Source: a virus (taxonomy: Duplodnaviria > Caudoviricetes). From it: a stretch of 59,894 nucleotides of DNA. Of this stretch, positions 31,727-40,730 are shown piece after piece (positions within the stretch are counted from its first letter, which is position 1; each line of letters begins with the position of its first letter). Where the stretch lies: the IMG/VR virus record IMGVR_UViG_3300033388_003934, positions 1 to 59,894 of that record; one strand, 5' to 3'. Made by a program: the position numbers and the translations under genes. The notes under the pieces are model-generated. The model searched no databases, was not told where the DNA came from, and saw nothing but the letters and a program-made list of their open reading frames with translations.

Positions 31727-32761
31727 ATGGGCGGTAATTGTTGCGATAATAAAGAAAGTATTTACCTCAGTGATATTATTTATGACTGTGAAGAATTTCA
31801 GTGTCCTGGATTTCCAGAATTATCTTTAACGCATTGTAAAGATATGTGTTATGTCATTGATGTTATAATGACTGCAATATGTGATTTAAAAGGCGCTGTT
31901 GGTTTTACTAATGTAAATGTTGGTGGTGGAGAACAAGTATTTAGAGATTCTATAGGAATAAATGAAAACTTTAGAACATTAGTAGCTGGACCTTCAGGAG
32001 ATGTTAGTGTAGCTACTGTTGGAGATACTATAGAAATTGATTTTATAGGTGCTGATTTAAATACAACATATGATCTTACATCGGTTCAAAATGGAAGTGA
32101 TAGCGATATAACTTTAACTGGTTCTGATGCTACTACAGATATAGTAAAACTTGTAGCTGGAACAAATATTACAATAACAGATACAGGTTCTAATATTACA
32201 ATAGATGCTGCTGGTGGTGGAGAAGTTAATACTGCTTCAAATGTTGGCACAGGAAATGGACAAGTATTTAAACAAAAGACTGGTGTTGATTTAGAATTAA
32301 GAACACTTAGAGAAGGTTATGGTATTGATATTTCTACAGGTACAGATGAAGTTACTACTGGTGTAGATTTAACAAATTTTTCTATAGAATTTGGAACTTT
32401 AGGTATTGTAATTCCAGCTTTTACATCGCCTCCTACTGTAGCTAATCAACATGCTCCAGCGCAATATACAATTCCTGCAGATGCTAATTATCATATTAAT
32501 ATAACAGGTAATTGTACATTAAATAATGGAGATGAAGCTGCATTTTATATTATTCAAGAATTAGGAGGAGTTTGGAGTGTGATAGGTCAAAAATATCCAC
32601 ATACTTTTGGTGCTGGTGATGGTTCTATTATAACTTGGAATTTTAGTTTGTCCAATACAGTATTCTTAAATTTTGGAGCAATTATAAATTTAGGATTTGA
32701 AAAGACAGCTGGTGCTCCAACATTAAATAACATTTGTTTAAATGTAACAAGAATTGATTAA
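31727..32761 (+). CDS. Tail fibre protein with Cys-rich N-terminus
   Basis: ATG start MGGNCC; two copies of NVGxGxxVF...FRTL fibre repeat; LVAGTNITIT repeats. Confidence 0.65.
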   Translation: MGGNCCDNKESIYLSDIIYDCEEFQCPGFPELSLTHCKDMCYVIDVIMTAICDLKGAVGFTNVNVGGGEQVFRDSIGINENFRTLVAGPSGDVSVATVGDTIEIDFIGADLNTTYDLTSVQNGSDSDITLTGSDATTDIVKLVAGTNITITDTGSNITIDAAGGGEVNTASNVGTGNGQVFKQKTGVDLELRTLREGYGIDISTGTDEVTTGVDLTNFSIEFGTLGIVIPAFTSPPTVANQHAPAQYTIPADANYHINITGNCTLNNGDEAAFYIIQELGGVWSVIGQKYPHTFGAGDGSIITWNFSLSNTVFLNFGAIINLGFEKTAGAPTLNNICLNVTRID

Positions 32762-32772
32762 AAAATTATACT

Positions 32773-33213
32773 ATGGGTTGTTGTTCTAATAAAAAAAGTA
32801 AAGTACAGAGTTGTGGTTGCAAACCTTCTGAAGAAGGAACATTTAATATAGTAGCTCCAAGTAAAGATTTTGATCCACGAGAGTTTGATATAAATATGTC
32901 GGCTACTTTAGATGCAGAAGTTTTTTTAGAAGCTGATTTTGTAATTTGGTATGATAGAATTAGTTGTGAAGGAGATATTACAGTTTCATTTTCTACAAAT
33001 GATGTTACTGTTGAAAAAATATTTGTTGGCTTTCCTGGTATTAATGAATTTACATCAAGAGTAATACCTTCTTATCAAAGTACTGCTGTAGTTGGAGATT
33101 TATATATTAGATTTGTAGGTGTACCAGCTCCTGGAACAGTAGTAACATTTTTTGTAACCCATGAAGGTTGTGGAACTAAAAAAGTACAAACAGGTACAGC
33201 TTTAATACCTTAA
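32773..33213 (+). CDS. Cys-rich structural protein
   Basis: MGCCSNKKSKVQSCGCK start. Confidence 0.45.
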   Translation: MGCCSNKKSKVQSCGCKPSEEGTFNIVAPSKDFDPREFDINMSATLDAEVFLEADFVIWYDRISCEGDITVSFSTNDVTVEKIFVGFPGINEFTSRVIPSYQSTAVVGDLYIRFVGVPAPGTVVTFFVTHEGCGTKKVQTGTALIP

Positions 33214-33216
33214 ATT

Positions 33217-34239
33217 ATGAATAATACATTAAATAACAATCCTAATAATTTTAATAGCTGGCAAGAAGCTGTTAAGAATATTTATGGTGTACTACATAAT
33301 TTAGGTGGTTCTTCTACATTAGAAGTTAATGATAACTTAGTATTAGAAGGAACTACAAATGCATCTACATCACAAGCTATATATGGAGTTAATGTTATAA
33401 CAACTTCTACAACTTCTGATTTAGCTACAAGATTACCTGATGCTAAAACTGGAAGGCAAGTAGTATTTATAAATAATTCTTCAATGTCTATATTAGTTTT
33501 TCCATCAGTTGTAGGAGGAAAAATAAATGGTGTTGTAGATGGTCAAGCTTCTATTCCTAATGATGGTAGAGCTTATGTTTTTTATTGTACAGATAATCCA
33601 CTTCCAGGTGCGTGGTCGTGGAATCCACCAGCTGTAGGACAAATACAACTTCCAAGAATTAGTGTTTCTCACACTAATGGAGTAGGTACTGTTGCGTATG
33701 GAGTAGGTGTTTCTGGAGCTCAATTAATTAACCCTCCAGGACCATATTGGTATGATGATATAAATATAACTGGATTTCCTATTGCAAGCGGAGGAATGCA
33801 GTTAACTTTTGTTCCTGGTCAAGATTATTGGGCTACAGCTAATTTTAATCCTGTCAGAACACTTATAACAACAAAAGTATATTCAAATTTTCTTCCATCA
33901 GATGCTGTTGTTCCGAGTCAAGTTCCGACTATTGGTAGATATGTGTCTTATAGTAATGGTAGTGGATTTAATAATTATACTGCTTCTTCACTTGGTTTAA
34001 GTACTTTATTTGGAGGACAAACTGTTCCAACCGGTCCTACTAATGTTCCAGCTCAAATAGGTGATGTTGATACTCTTTATTGTATTCAACCAGAAAATTT
34101 AGTACAAATACCTCCAGCTGAAACAAGCGCTATAGGAATTGGTCCTAATGGTAATCATTATTATACTTTTAGAATAAACATTCCATCTACAGCTGTAACC
34201 AAAGTATATGAATTTGATATATTTTTAGAACATGATTAA
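33217..34239 (+). CDS. Fibre/decoration protein with shared N-terminal motif
   Basis: NNNPNNFNSWQEAVKNIYGVL start; beta-rich body. Confidence 0.5.
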   Translation: MNNTLNNNPNNFNSWQEAVKNIYGVLHNLGGSSTLEVNDNLVLEGTTNASTSQAIYGVNVITTSTTSDLATRLPDAKTGRQVVFINNSSMSILVFPSVVGGKINGVVDGQASIPNDGRAYVFYCTDNPLPGAWSWNPPAVGQIQLPRISVSHTNGVGTVAYGVGVSGAQLINPPGPYWYDDINITGFPIASGGMQLTFVPGQDYWATANFNPVRTLITTKVYSNFLPSDAVVPSQVPTIGRYVSYSNGSGFNNYTASSLGLSTLFGGQTVPTGPTNVPAQIGDVDTLYCIQPENLVQIPPAETSAIGIGPNGNHYYTFRINIPSTAVTKVYEFDIFLEHD

Positions 34240-34257
34240 AATTAAAAATAAATAAAA

Positions 34258-34713
34258 ATGGAAAAAAAAAAAAAAAAAGAAAATGGAGTTGCTATAAGTA
34301 ATATTTATAGCAATAAAGATTTAATTGAGCTTAATATTGCATTTACTCAAATATTAGATAATTGTACTAATATGAATGGTAAATTTATTTATGCTATGCA
34401 TAAAAATATTAAAACTATTAAACCGTATTTAGATACTTTAAATGTTACAAGAAATGAAATAATTGAAACATTAGTAGAAAAAGATAAAGATGGTAAACCA
34501 ATTCTTACAGAAGATGAAGAAGGAAAGCCAAAATTGTCATATAAAGGAAAAAATGAAGAAAAAGCTAAGTCAAAATTTAATGAAGTTTTAAAAACAGAAA
34601 ATGAAATTCATTTTCACTTAATAAATTTAAAAGATTGGGAAAGTGTTAATGGATTAAATTTGAATAAAATTACGGGATTGGCTTTATTCATGGATAGAAT
34701 GTTAACAGAATGA
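34258..34713 (+). CDS. Hypothetical protein (fibre-associated, helical)
   Basis: 151 aa; ATGA-coupled to the endolysin; A17 tract after the start codon. Confidence 0.55.
   Translation: MEKKKKKENGVAISNIYSNKDLIELNIAFTQILDNCTNMNGKFIYAMHKNIKTIKPYLDTLNVTRNEIIETLVEKDKDGKPILTEDEEGKPKLSYKGKNEEKAKSKFNEVLKTENEIHFHLINLKDWESVNGLNLNKITGLALFMDRMLTE
34262..34278 (+). repeat. A17 homopolymer
   Basis: atgg(a)17gaaaat. Confidence 0.9.
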
Positions 34714-35315
34714 GAAAGGATATAACAGTACCATTATTAATAAAAGCGATGAATAAGCTTGGACATACTGTGTTTGAGCATGATTTAAGCCCTTACAATT
34801 TAAATATTGTAGGTATAAGAGCTGCTAATCCTAAAGTAAATGACTTTAATGGGTTAATGACTGTTTTTTGGAAATATGAAGGTAATTGGAATTTGATAAT
34901 GATGCAGTGTACTACATTACCTGGATTATATTGGCTTGTCAATCCTTCCAATCCATTAGGCTGTGCTATTTTAAAAGAAGGTCAATATCGTTCAACATAT
35001 TCTGTAGACAAACATTCTGGCAAGTACGATGCTTTGTGCCAGAGGTTGGCTCCCGTCACTGTTTACAGAGATAATGATCGTGATAGAGAATATGATACAA
35101 TACAAGGAACTGAAAATACAGGTATGTTTGGTATTAATATTCATAGAGCACATCAAGATTATGAATTAGAAACTGTAGATAAATATTCAGCTGGTTGTCA
35201 AGTTATACAAGACCCTGATGAATTTGCAGTGTTTATGGCTGTTGTAAAACAAGCTAAAGAAGTATGGGGTAATAAATTTACCTATACATTAATAAATGAA
35301 AACGATTTAAATTAG
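34710..35315 (+). CDS. Putative endolysin (L,D-transpeptidase/YkuD-like H...SxGC motif)
   Basis: NLNIVGIR, TTLPG, VYRDNDRD, FGINIHRA...YSAGCQV. Confidence 0.65.
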   Translation: MRKDITVPLLIKAMNKLGHTVFEHDLSPYNLNIVGIRAANPKVNDFNGLMTVFWKYEGNWNLIMMQCTTLPGLYWLVNPSNPLGCAILKEGQYRSTYSVDKHSGKYDALCQRLAPVTVYRDNDRDREYDTIQGTENTGMFGINIHRAHQDYELETVDKYSAGCQVIQDPDEFAVFMAVVKQAKEVWGNKFTYTLINENDLN

Positions 35316-35320
35316 AAATT

Positions 35321-35593
35321 ATGGCAAGTAGTTCAGATATATCATTAGACTTAATACAAAAAGGTGTTACAAGAACTCCACAATTTACAAGAGCTGCTGG
35401 TGCAGGTACTGTAGAAAAAGGAGCTCGTTCAGTTACTTTTTATAATGCTGGAGCTGTAAATGCAACTGTATTAGGAACAAATTTATTACCACAAGAAAAA
35501 GTAACTATTGATGGTGGTGGTCAATCAGACCATTTAAATGAAATAGCTTATGATGGTACAGGAACTGATTTAGTAATCGTAACAATTATATAA
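35321..35593 (+). CDS. Small beta-rich structural protein
   Basis: 90-aa ORF tightly packed in the fibre region. Confidence 0.5.
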   Translation: MASSSDISLDLIQKGVTRTPQFTRAAGAGTVEKGARSVTFYNAGAVNATVLGTNLLPQEKVTIDGGGQSDHLNEIAYDGTGTDLVIVTII

Positions 35594-35595
35594 TT

Positions 35596-36462
35596 ATGGC
35601 AATTACAGATTTTGATAAAATATCAACAGGAGGTGGTGGTGGAGGCGTTACTGGTGTAACGGCAACAGCTCCTATTACATCAACAGGTGGTGCTACTCCA
35701 GATATTGGAATTACATCTGCAACTCCACTTACAGATGGTTCTATGAGTGCATCTGATAAAAATAAATTAAATGGTATAGCTCCTGGAGCTCAACCAGGTA
35801 CAGTAACAAGTGTTGTTGGTACTGCTCCTATTTCAGTTGTTGCTTCACCTACAGCTCCATCTGTGGGAATTACTCAGTCTGGTGTAGGTACTGATGGATA
35901 TTTAAGTTCAGTAGATTGGAATACTTTTAATAATAAAGGAGATGGTGTTGTAACAACACTAACAACTATTGGTTCGGGTGCTGCAACTTTAGTAGGTGAT
36001 ACTTTAAATATACCAACTCCAACAGGAACTGGAGATATGTTAGCAGCTACTTATGACCCCACAGGTGTTGCTGCTGATGTTTATGATTATGCTAATGCTT
36101 TAGGTATTACACAAATAACAGACGATATAATTACAGCTCCTACATTAACTGGAAATGTAGATAATTGGAATCCAACAGGTTTTGCAGATGCCAATATGAT
36201 TAGAGTAGATGTAGATGCAAATAATAGAGAAATAACTGGTATGATTGCTCCATCAGCTGGAGTTAATAGAATTGTTAGAATTAATAATCTAAATTCAGGG
36301 AGTTTTGATCTTAAGTTTAAAGAAAATGATGCAAGCTCTGATGCTGCAAACAGATTTTTACTTAGAGATAATGGTGATAAAGCAATTAAACCAAATGAAA
36401 CAGCTGCTTTTTGGTATGACCATACATCTTTAAGATGGAGACCTTTAAATAGAATAGGATAA
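35596..36462 (+). CDS. Tail fibre protein
   Basis: Gly hinge and two VTxVxxTAPI...DGx(M/L)SxxD repeats typical of fibre shafts. Confidence 0.7.
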   Translation: MAITDFDKISTGGGGGGVTGVTATAPITSTGGATPDIGITSATPLTDGSMSASDKNKLNGIAPGAQPGTVTSVVGTAPISVVASPTAPSVGITQSGVGTDGYLSSVDWNTFNNKGDGVVTTLTTIGSGAATLVGDTLNIPTPTGTGDMLAATYDPTGVAADVYDYANALGITQITDDIITAPTLTGNVDNWNPTGFADANMIRVDVDANNREITGMIAPSAGVNRIVRINNLNSGSFDLKFKENDASSDAANRFLLRDNGDKAIKPNETAAFWYDHTSLRWRPLNRIG

Positions 36463-36472
36463 AATTAATATA

Positions 36473-36865
36473 ATGGCAAGAAAATTTTATAAAGAAAATA
36501 ACGAAGCTATTCCAGCTATTAAGTTTGAAAATAGTTTACCTACTGGTTTTACTGAAATTACAGATGAAACTGAAATTAAAAGATTGTATAAAATTCAATA
36601 TGGATATAGAATTTCTGATGGTAAAAATTTTGTATTAGATTTTACTACTGAAAAATATGTTGATGTATTAAATGGTACTTATACAGAAGCAGAAGTATTT
36701 GCTTTAGAAAATCATATTAAAGATTTATATGACCAATTAAATAATGGTTGGTGGTTGACTGCTCAAAATACAAATTCTGTATTAATTTTGGATGGTATTT
36801 ATAATCAAGCAATGAAAGATAGCATTCAAGCTATTATAGATGAATATGTAACGAATAATTATTAA
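36473..36865 (+). CDS. Putative tail fibre assembly/chaperone protein
   Basis: Small acidic protein directly after the fibre gene. Confidence 0.4.
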   Translation: MARKFYKENNEAIPAIKFENSLPTGFTEITDETEIKRLYKIQYGYRISDGKNFVLDFTTEKYVDVLNGTYTEAEVFALENHIKDLYDQLNNGWWLTAQNTNSVLILDGIYNQAMKDSIQAIIDEYVTNNY

Positions 36866-36885
36866 CAACACAAAAAAGAAAAAAA

Positions 36886-37485
36886 ATGAGAATTAATGAA
36901 GATCCCAGACAATTTAACAATTGGATTGAAGCAATTGTAAGAGTTTTTAGATATTTAAATAGTGCTTTTACAAATTTAGATTTATTGTCAGACAAAATTT
37001 CAACTGAAAGTGAATCTTCTACTATCCCGGCACCTTTTTTACAAAAAACAGCTACTCAAATTACTTATGATGATGGTACAATATTACAAGGTTGGAAGTT
37101 AACTGGTGGTATGCTTTTAACTGGTGCTAATATGTATGCAGAAGCACAAGGTACTTTAACAATACCAGCAGTTCCTGAATTTGAAGGAAGTGAAGGTTTT
37201 TACATTGCATATGATACAAGAGGTTCAGTAAAGTGTATTAATGAAATAGATGAAAATCAAATTGATATTGTAAATGCATTTGCATCAGGTGCTGATATGA
37301 CTGATATGACAACACAAGTTGCTAATAAATCAGATTACATGGGATTATCATTAGATGATGATGATAATGGAATATATGTAATAATGTTAAATGCTGCTGC
37401 TGGTAATGCTAATCCAGCTGAAGCTGAAGTATTTTATCAATTTGAATTTTTATGTTACTCAGAAGTAACTCCAACATTAAGTTAA
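36886..37485 (+). CDS. Fibre/decoration protein with shared N-terminal motif
   Basis: INEDPRQFNNWIEAIVRVFRYL start. Confidence 0.5.
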   Translation: MRINEDPRQFNNWIEAIVRVFRYLNSAFTNLDLLSDKISTESESSTIPAPFLQKTATQITYDDGTILQGWKLTGGMLLTGANMYAEAQGTLTIPAVPEFEGSEGFYIAYDTRGSVKCINEIDENQIDIVNAFASGADMTDMTTQVANKSDYMGLSLDDDDNGIYVIMLNAAAGNANPAEAEVFYQFEFLCYSEVTPTLS

Positions 37486-37504
37486 TCATTAAAATTATAA
37501 TATC

Positions 37505-38092
37505 ATGGAAGAAAAATTTGCACCCGAATTAACAACTAAAGATAAAAGAGTCCAAGAAATGGCATTTTCTGATGTAAGATTATCAGAAAAAGCAATTACT
37601 GAAACAGTAGCAATTCAACCAAGAATTGCAGTAAAAAATGCTGATGAAGAAATTCCTGTTCCAGAAGATAGTAGATTTGAAGAATTTACTGAAGATGAAT
37701 TAGCCACTATGAAAGAAGAAGTGGTTGAGATTAAAGAAGATCCTGGTTCAACTGCTGATGAAAAAGCAGCTGCTGACATTTTAGAAGAGGTTGTTATAAG
37801 AGAAAAACAAGTTAAAGAAAGAGAAAGAACTAAAGTAAAAGTAAGATATGGAGATTCAAGAAATATGTTTAGTTCTATTAAACTATACAAAGCTCCAGAA
37901 GTTGGAAGTGATTCATATTTGAAAATCTTAAAATATTCTCAATTAAGAGAATTAGGTATTGTATGGTTAGAGGGAAGAGGTTTTTCTGGTGGTTCTTTAG
38001 TATTATCAGATAATATTAAAAGAAGAGTTGCTGGTTCACCGCTTGCTTTATCAGGTGCAGCTCAACCAGAAGTTAAATATTCTGATTTATGA
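37505..38092 (+). CDS. Hypothetical acidic protein
   Basis: 195-aa ORF; ATGA-coupled to the next gene. Confidence 0.55.
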   Translation: MEEKFAPELTTKDKRVQEMAFSDVRLSEKAITETVAIQPRIAVKNADEEIPVPEDSRFEEFTEDELATMKEEVVEIKEDPGSTADEKAAADILEEVVIREKQVKERERTKVKVRYGDSRNMFSSIKLYKAPEVGSDSYLKILKYSQLRELGIVWLEGRGFSGGSLVLSDNIKRRVAGSPLALSGAAQPEVKYSDL

Positions 38093-39672
38093 TAACGATA
38101 AACGAAAATCCGAAAGCATTTAGGAATTGGGATTCTGCTGTTATTAGAATTTATGAAATTTTAAGAGCATTAAATGCCGGAGGTGGCGGTGGTGGACTTT
38201 TTGGTTCTACATATTTTGTAGCTCCAGAAGGTGAAGATGATACTGCGGCTGTTGGTAGTTTATCTAATCCTTGGAAAACAATAAGTGCTGCAAGGGATCA
38301 AGCTGTAGTTGATGGTCTTGCTACAAGTTTAATATATGTATTTCCTGGTGTTTATGATGAAACTGAATTACAGTATGATGGTGGAAATATTTATTTAGAG
38401 GCAGGAGTATTAATTCAGCCAAGAGCTCGAATAAATGGAGTTGGTGCTTCAATGGTAGCAGTTAATGTAGGAGAAAAGAAATTTACTTTTGCGGGAAATT
38501 GGGCTGTTTATTTACTACCTGGAGAACAATTTCAAGTTATAGGTGGGGCAAATGCTGGAAAATATACTATAGCTTCAGCAATAGATAATGGTCCAAATGT
38601 AGATGTTTTTGTTGCTGAAGTAGTTCCTTCAGCTTCTGTTGCTGGTTATTTACGAAATACAAGAGCAGTATTTGTTGTAGGGTATGACCCTATATATGCT
38701 CCAATTACATCTCAAGCTGATAGTTTTAAAGTATTTGGTGAAGGAAGTATTAATATTGTTGAAACATTAGACAATGATTGGTCTGGTGGAGTTATAAATG
38801 TTGGTTTTGATGGAGATGCTTACTTAGAAGGAGTTGATTATAGACAGCAACAAGGGGTAATGATTTATGTTGAAGATGAAGGAAAATTAACTGTAAATGT
38901 AAGTACATTAGAAGTATATGGAACTGGTGGTTATTGTATTACAGCAAGAGATAAATCAGATACAGCTATCAATGCTGATAGATTAATAAGTAATGGTTCA
39001 TGGGCTTTTTATATTAGACAAGGTGTTGACCCTACATTTACAGGACAATGTGTTATAACAGCTAATAGAATAACACAAACTACTAATTTTCAACCTCTTG
39101 CAGTTCAAAATATGTCTGCGGGTAGGGTATTAATAAATTGTCCTATTGTTGAATCTGAAAATTATTCTTTAAATTTTAATGTAATTAGTGGTGGTTCTAT
39201 TACTTTCAATGGAAATATAATAGCTACAACTGGAACTGGTAATGGATTAATTGGACAAAATATGTCTGGTGGAGAAATCATTGTGAATGGTAATATTGAA
39301 GTAGAAGATGGTAGAACATTACAGGTATTAGGTGGAATGACTGGTGGAGAAATTTACATTAATGGTGATCAAAAAGTTGTTAATGGAAATGATGTAGAAG
39401 CAATTGTTATTACAGGAACAAGTTGTGCATATAGATTTAATGGTAGAATTACTAATACTAATGGTGGTGCATTATGTACTGGAATATTAAAAAATGGTGG
39501 AGATTGTGTTATTGATACTGTTACGATTATTTCAGATACTGATAGTATTGATGCTTCTACCGCACAAAATATAATTGTTAATCATAGTCTTGCAGCAAAT
39601 CAAGCTCTTGATGCCAATATTACTAATATTGTTACAGGAAGTTTGGTTACTATAGACGCAAATGTTAAATAA
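38089..39672 (+). CDS. Tailspike-like beta-helix protein (pectin-lyase-like) with shared N-terminal motif
   Basis: YFVAPEG.D...GSLSNPWKTISAA...IYVFPGVY followed by GGxIxxNG repeats. Confidence 0.65.
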   Translation: MITINENPKAFRNWDSAVIRIYEILRALNAGGGGGGLFGSTYFVAPEGEDDTAAVGSLSNPWKTISAARDQAVVDGLATSLIYVFPGVYDETELQYDGGNIYLEAGVLIQPRARINGVGASMVAVNVGEKKFTFAGNWAVYLLPGEQFQVIGGANAGKYTIASAIDNGPNVDVFVAEVVPSASVAGYLRNTRAVFVVGYDPIYAPITSQADSFKVFGEGSINIVETLDNDWSGGVINVGFDGDAYLEGVDYRQQQGVMIYVEDEGKLTVNVSTLEVYGTGGYCITARDKSDTAINADRLISNGSWAFYIRQGVDPTFTGQCVITANRITQTTNFQPLAVQNMSAGRVLINCPIVESENYSLNFNVISGGSITFNGNIIATTGTGNGLIGQNMSGGEIIVNGNIEVEDGRTLQVLGGMTGGEIYINGDQKVVNGNDVEAIVITGTSCAYRFNGRITNTNGGALCTGILKNGGDCVIDTVTIISDTDSIDASTAQNIIVNHSLAANQALDANITNIVTGSLVTIDANVK

Positions 39673-39788
39673 TGGCTCACGAAAGTAATAATTCAGATGC
39701 GGATCAAATTTATTTTGAAATGTTTGGTTACTATCCTTGGGAAGTACCACAAAATCCAATTGAACCTCATCCTCCCGAAAATGAATAG
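39672..39788 (+). CDS. Small 38-aa protein (not in ORF track)
   Basis: TAATG-coupled; MAHESNNSDADQIYFEMFGYYPWEVPQNPIEPHPPENE*; fills the gap to 39791. Confidence 0.6.
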   Translation: MAHESNNSDADQIYFEMFGYYPWEVPQNPIEPHPPENE

Positions 39789-39790
39789 CG

Positions 39791-40186
39791 ATGCAAGAAA
39801 TGTTTTTAAATGTGACTACTCCAGATGACCTACATGTAAATGTAAAAGATGTTGTATATATTGTAGGAATTTTAGTAACTTTATTAACAGCGTGGTTTAA
39901 ATTAAAGCACGATAACGATAGGCAAACTGAAAAAATTAAAGAATTAAGTATCAGAGCTGATCGTTATTATAACGAATGTAAAGAAGAATTTATGAATGCT
40001 AAAAATGGCCGAGTTTCTATTCGTAGAGATGTTGATGATAAGGTTAAAGCTGTTCAAAATGAAGTTACTAAGAATAGAGAAACATTTAGTACAGAAATTA
40101 CTAATATCAATAATAGCTTAACAGCTGTTAAAACAGATACTGCGGAAATTAAAGGTATGATTTCTACGCTTTTAAACAAAAAATAA
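39791..40186 (+). CDS. Single-TM coiled-coil protein (holin/antiholin-like)
   Basis: VVYIVGILVTLLTAWF TM then coiled coil; lies near the lysis genes. Confidence 0.45.
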   Translation: MQEMFLNVTTPDDLHVNVKDVVYIVGILVTLLTAWFKLKHDNDRQTEKIKELSIRADRYYNECKEEFMNAKNGRVSIRRDVDDKVKAVQNEVTKNRETFSTEITNINNSLTAVKTDTAEIKGMISTLLNKK

Positions 40187-40211
40187 CTAACTTTAATTAA
40201 AATTTTCAATT

Positions 40212-40346
40212 ATGAAAGGTAAATCACATGATGGATGGAGTGGATTAAGAAAAGGTAAAGCTAAAGATATGGCTAAACCAGCTCCACAAGCTAAAACTTA
40301 CGGTGGTCTTAAAAATTCTACAGACATTAGGCCTCAGTCTAAGTAA
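40212..40346 (+). CDS. 44-aa basic peptide (not in ORF track)
   Basis: MKGKSHDGWSGLRKGKAKDMAKPAPQAKTYGGLKNSTDIRPQSK*. Confidence 0.6.
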   Translation: MKGKSHDGWSGLRKGKAKDMAKPAPQAKTYGGLKNSTDIRPQSK

Positions 40347-40462
40347 TGCCATTTACAAAAATTACTAAGGGTAAAAACAAAGGCAAGTATAGATCTCCTT
40401 CTGGAAAGGTATGGAGCTCTAAACAAATGCGTGCATACTATGCTAAAAAGAAAAAGAAATGA
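40346..40462 (+). CDS. 38-aa basic peptide (not in ORF track)
   Basis: TAATG-coupled; MPFTKITKGKNKGKYRSPSGKVWSSKQMRAYYAKKKKK*. Confidence 0.65.
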   Translation: MPFTKITKGKNKGKYRSPSGKVWSSKQMRAYYAKKKKK

Positions 40463-40548
40463 GATATACTTATTCAAAACCTAAAGTAAAAAAGAAAAAG
40501 ACTTCTAATAAAAGTAAAAAGTCAAAAACTAAATCTAAGAAAAAATGA
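40459..40548 (+). CDS. 29-aa Lys-rich peptide (not in ORF track)
   Basis: ATGA-coupled at both ends; MRYTYSKPKVKKKKTSNKSKKSKTKSKKK*. Confidence 0.6.
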   Translation: MRYTYSKPKVKKKKTSNKSKKSKTKSKKK

Positions 40549-40730
40549 AAAATCGTTTATTTTCTAATTATGTTACAACAATCCTGGGATTGTTAATCAT
40601 TGTTTTTTGTGGAGTAATGGTCTTTTTGGAGAAATCATCAGTTCAAGATATGGCTGGATGGTTTGCTACTGGATTATTATTCTTAAGATCTAAAGACTCT
40701 CTAATTGCGCTTCCTAAAGAGGATAAATAG
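40545..40730 (+). CDS. Putative holin (2 TM)
   Basis: NYVTTILGLLIIV...ATGLLFLRSKD; 61 aa; directly before the spanin. Confidence 0.65.
   Translation: MKNRLFSNYVTTILGLLIIVFCGVMVFLEKSSVQDMAGWFATGLLFLRSKDSLIALPKEDK

Noticed and set aside
30040-39672. Diversity-generating retroelement or invertible fibre cassette
   Set aside because: No reverse transcriptase, invertase or template/variable repeat pair seen in the window.
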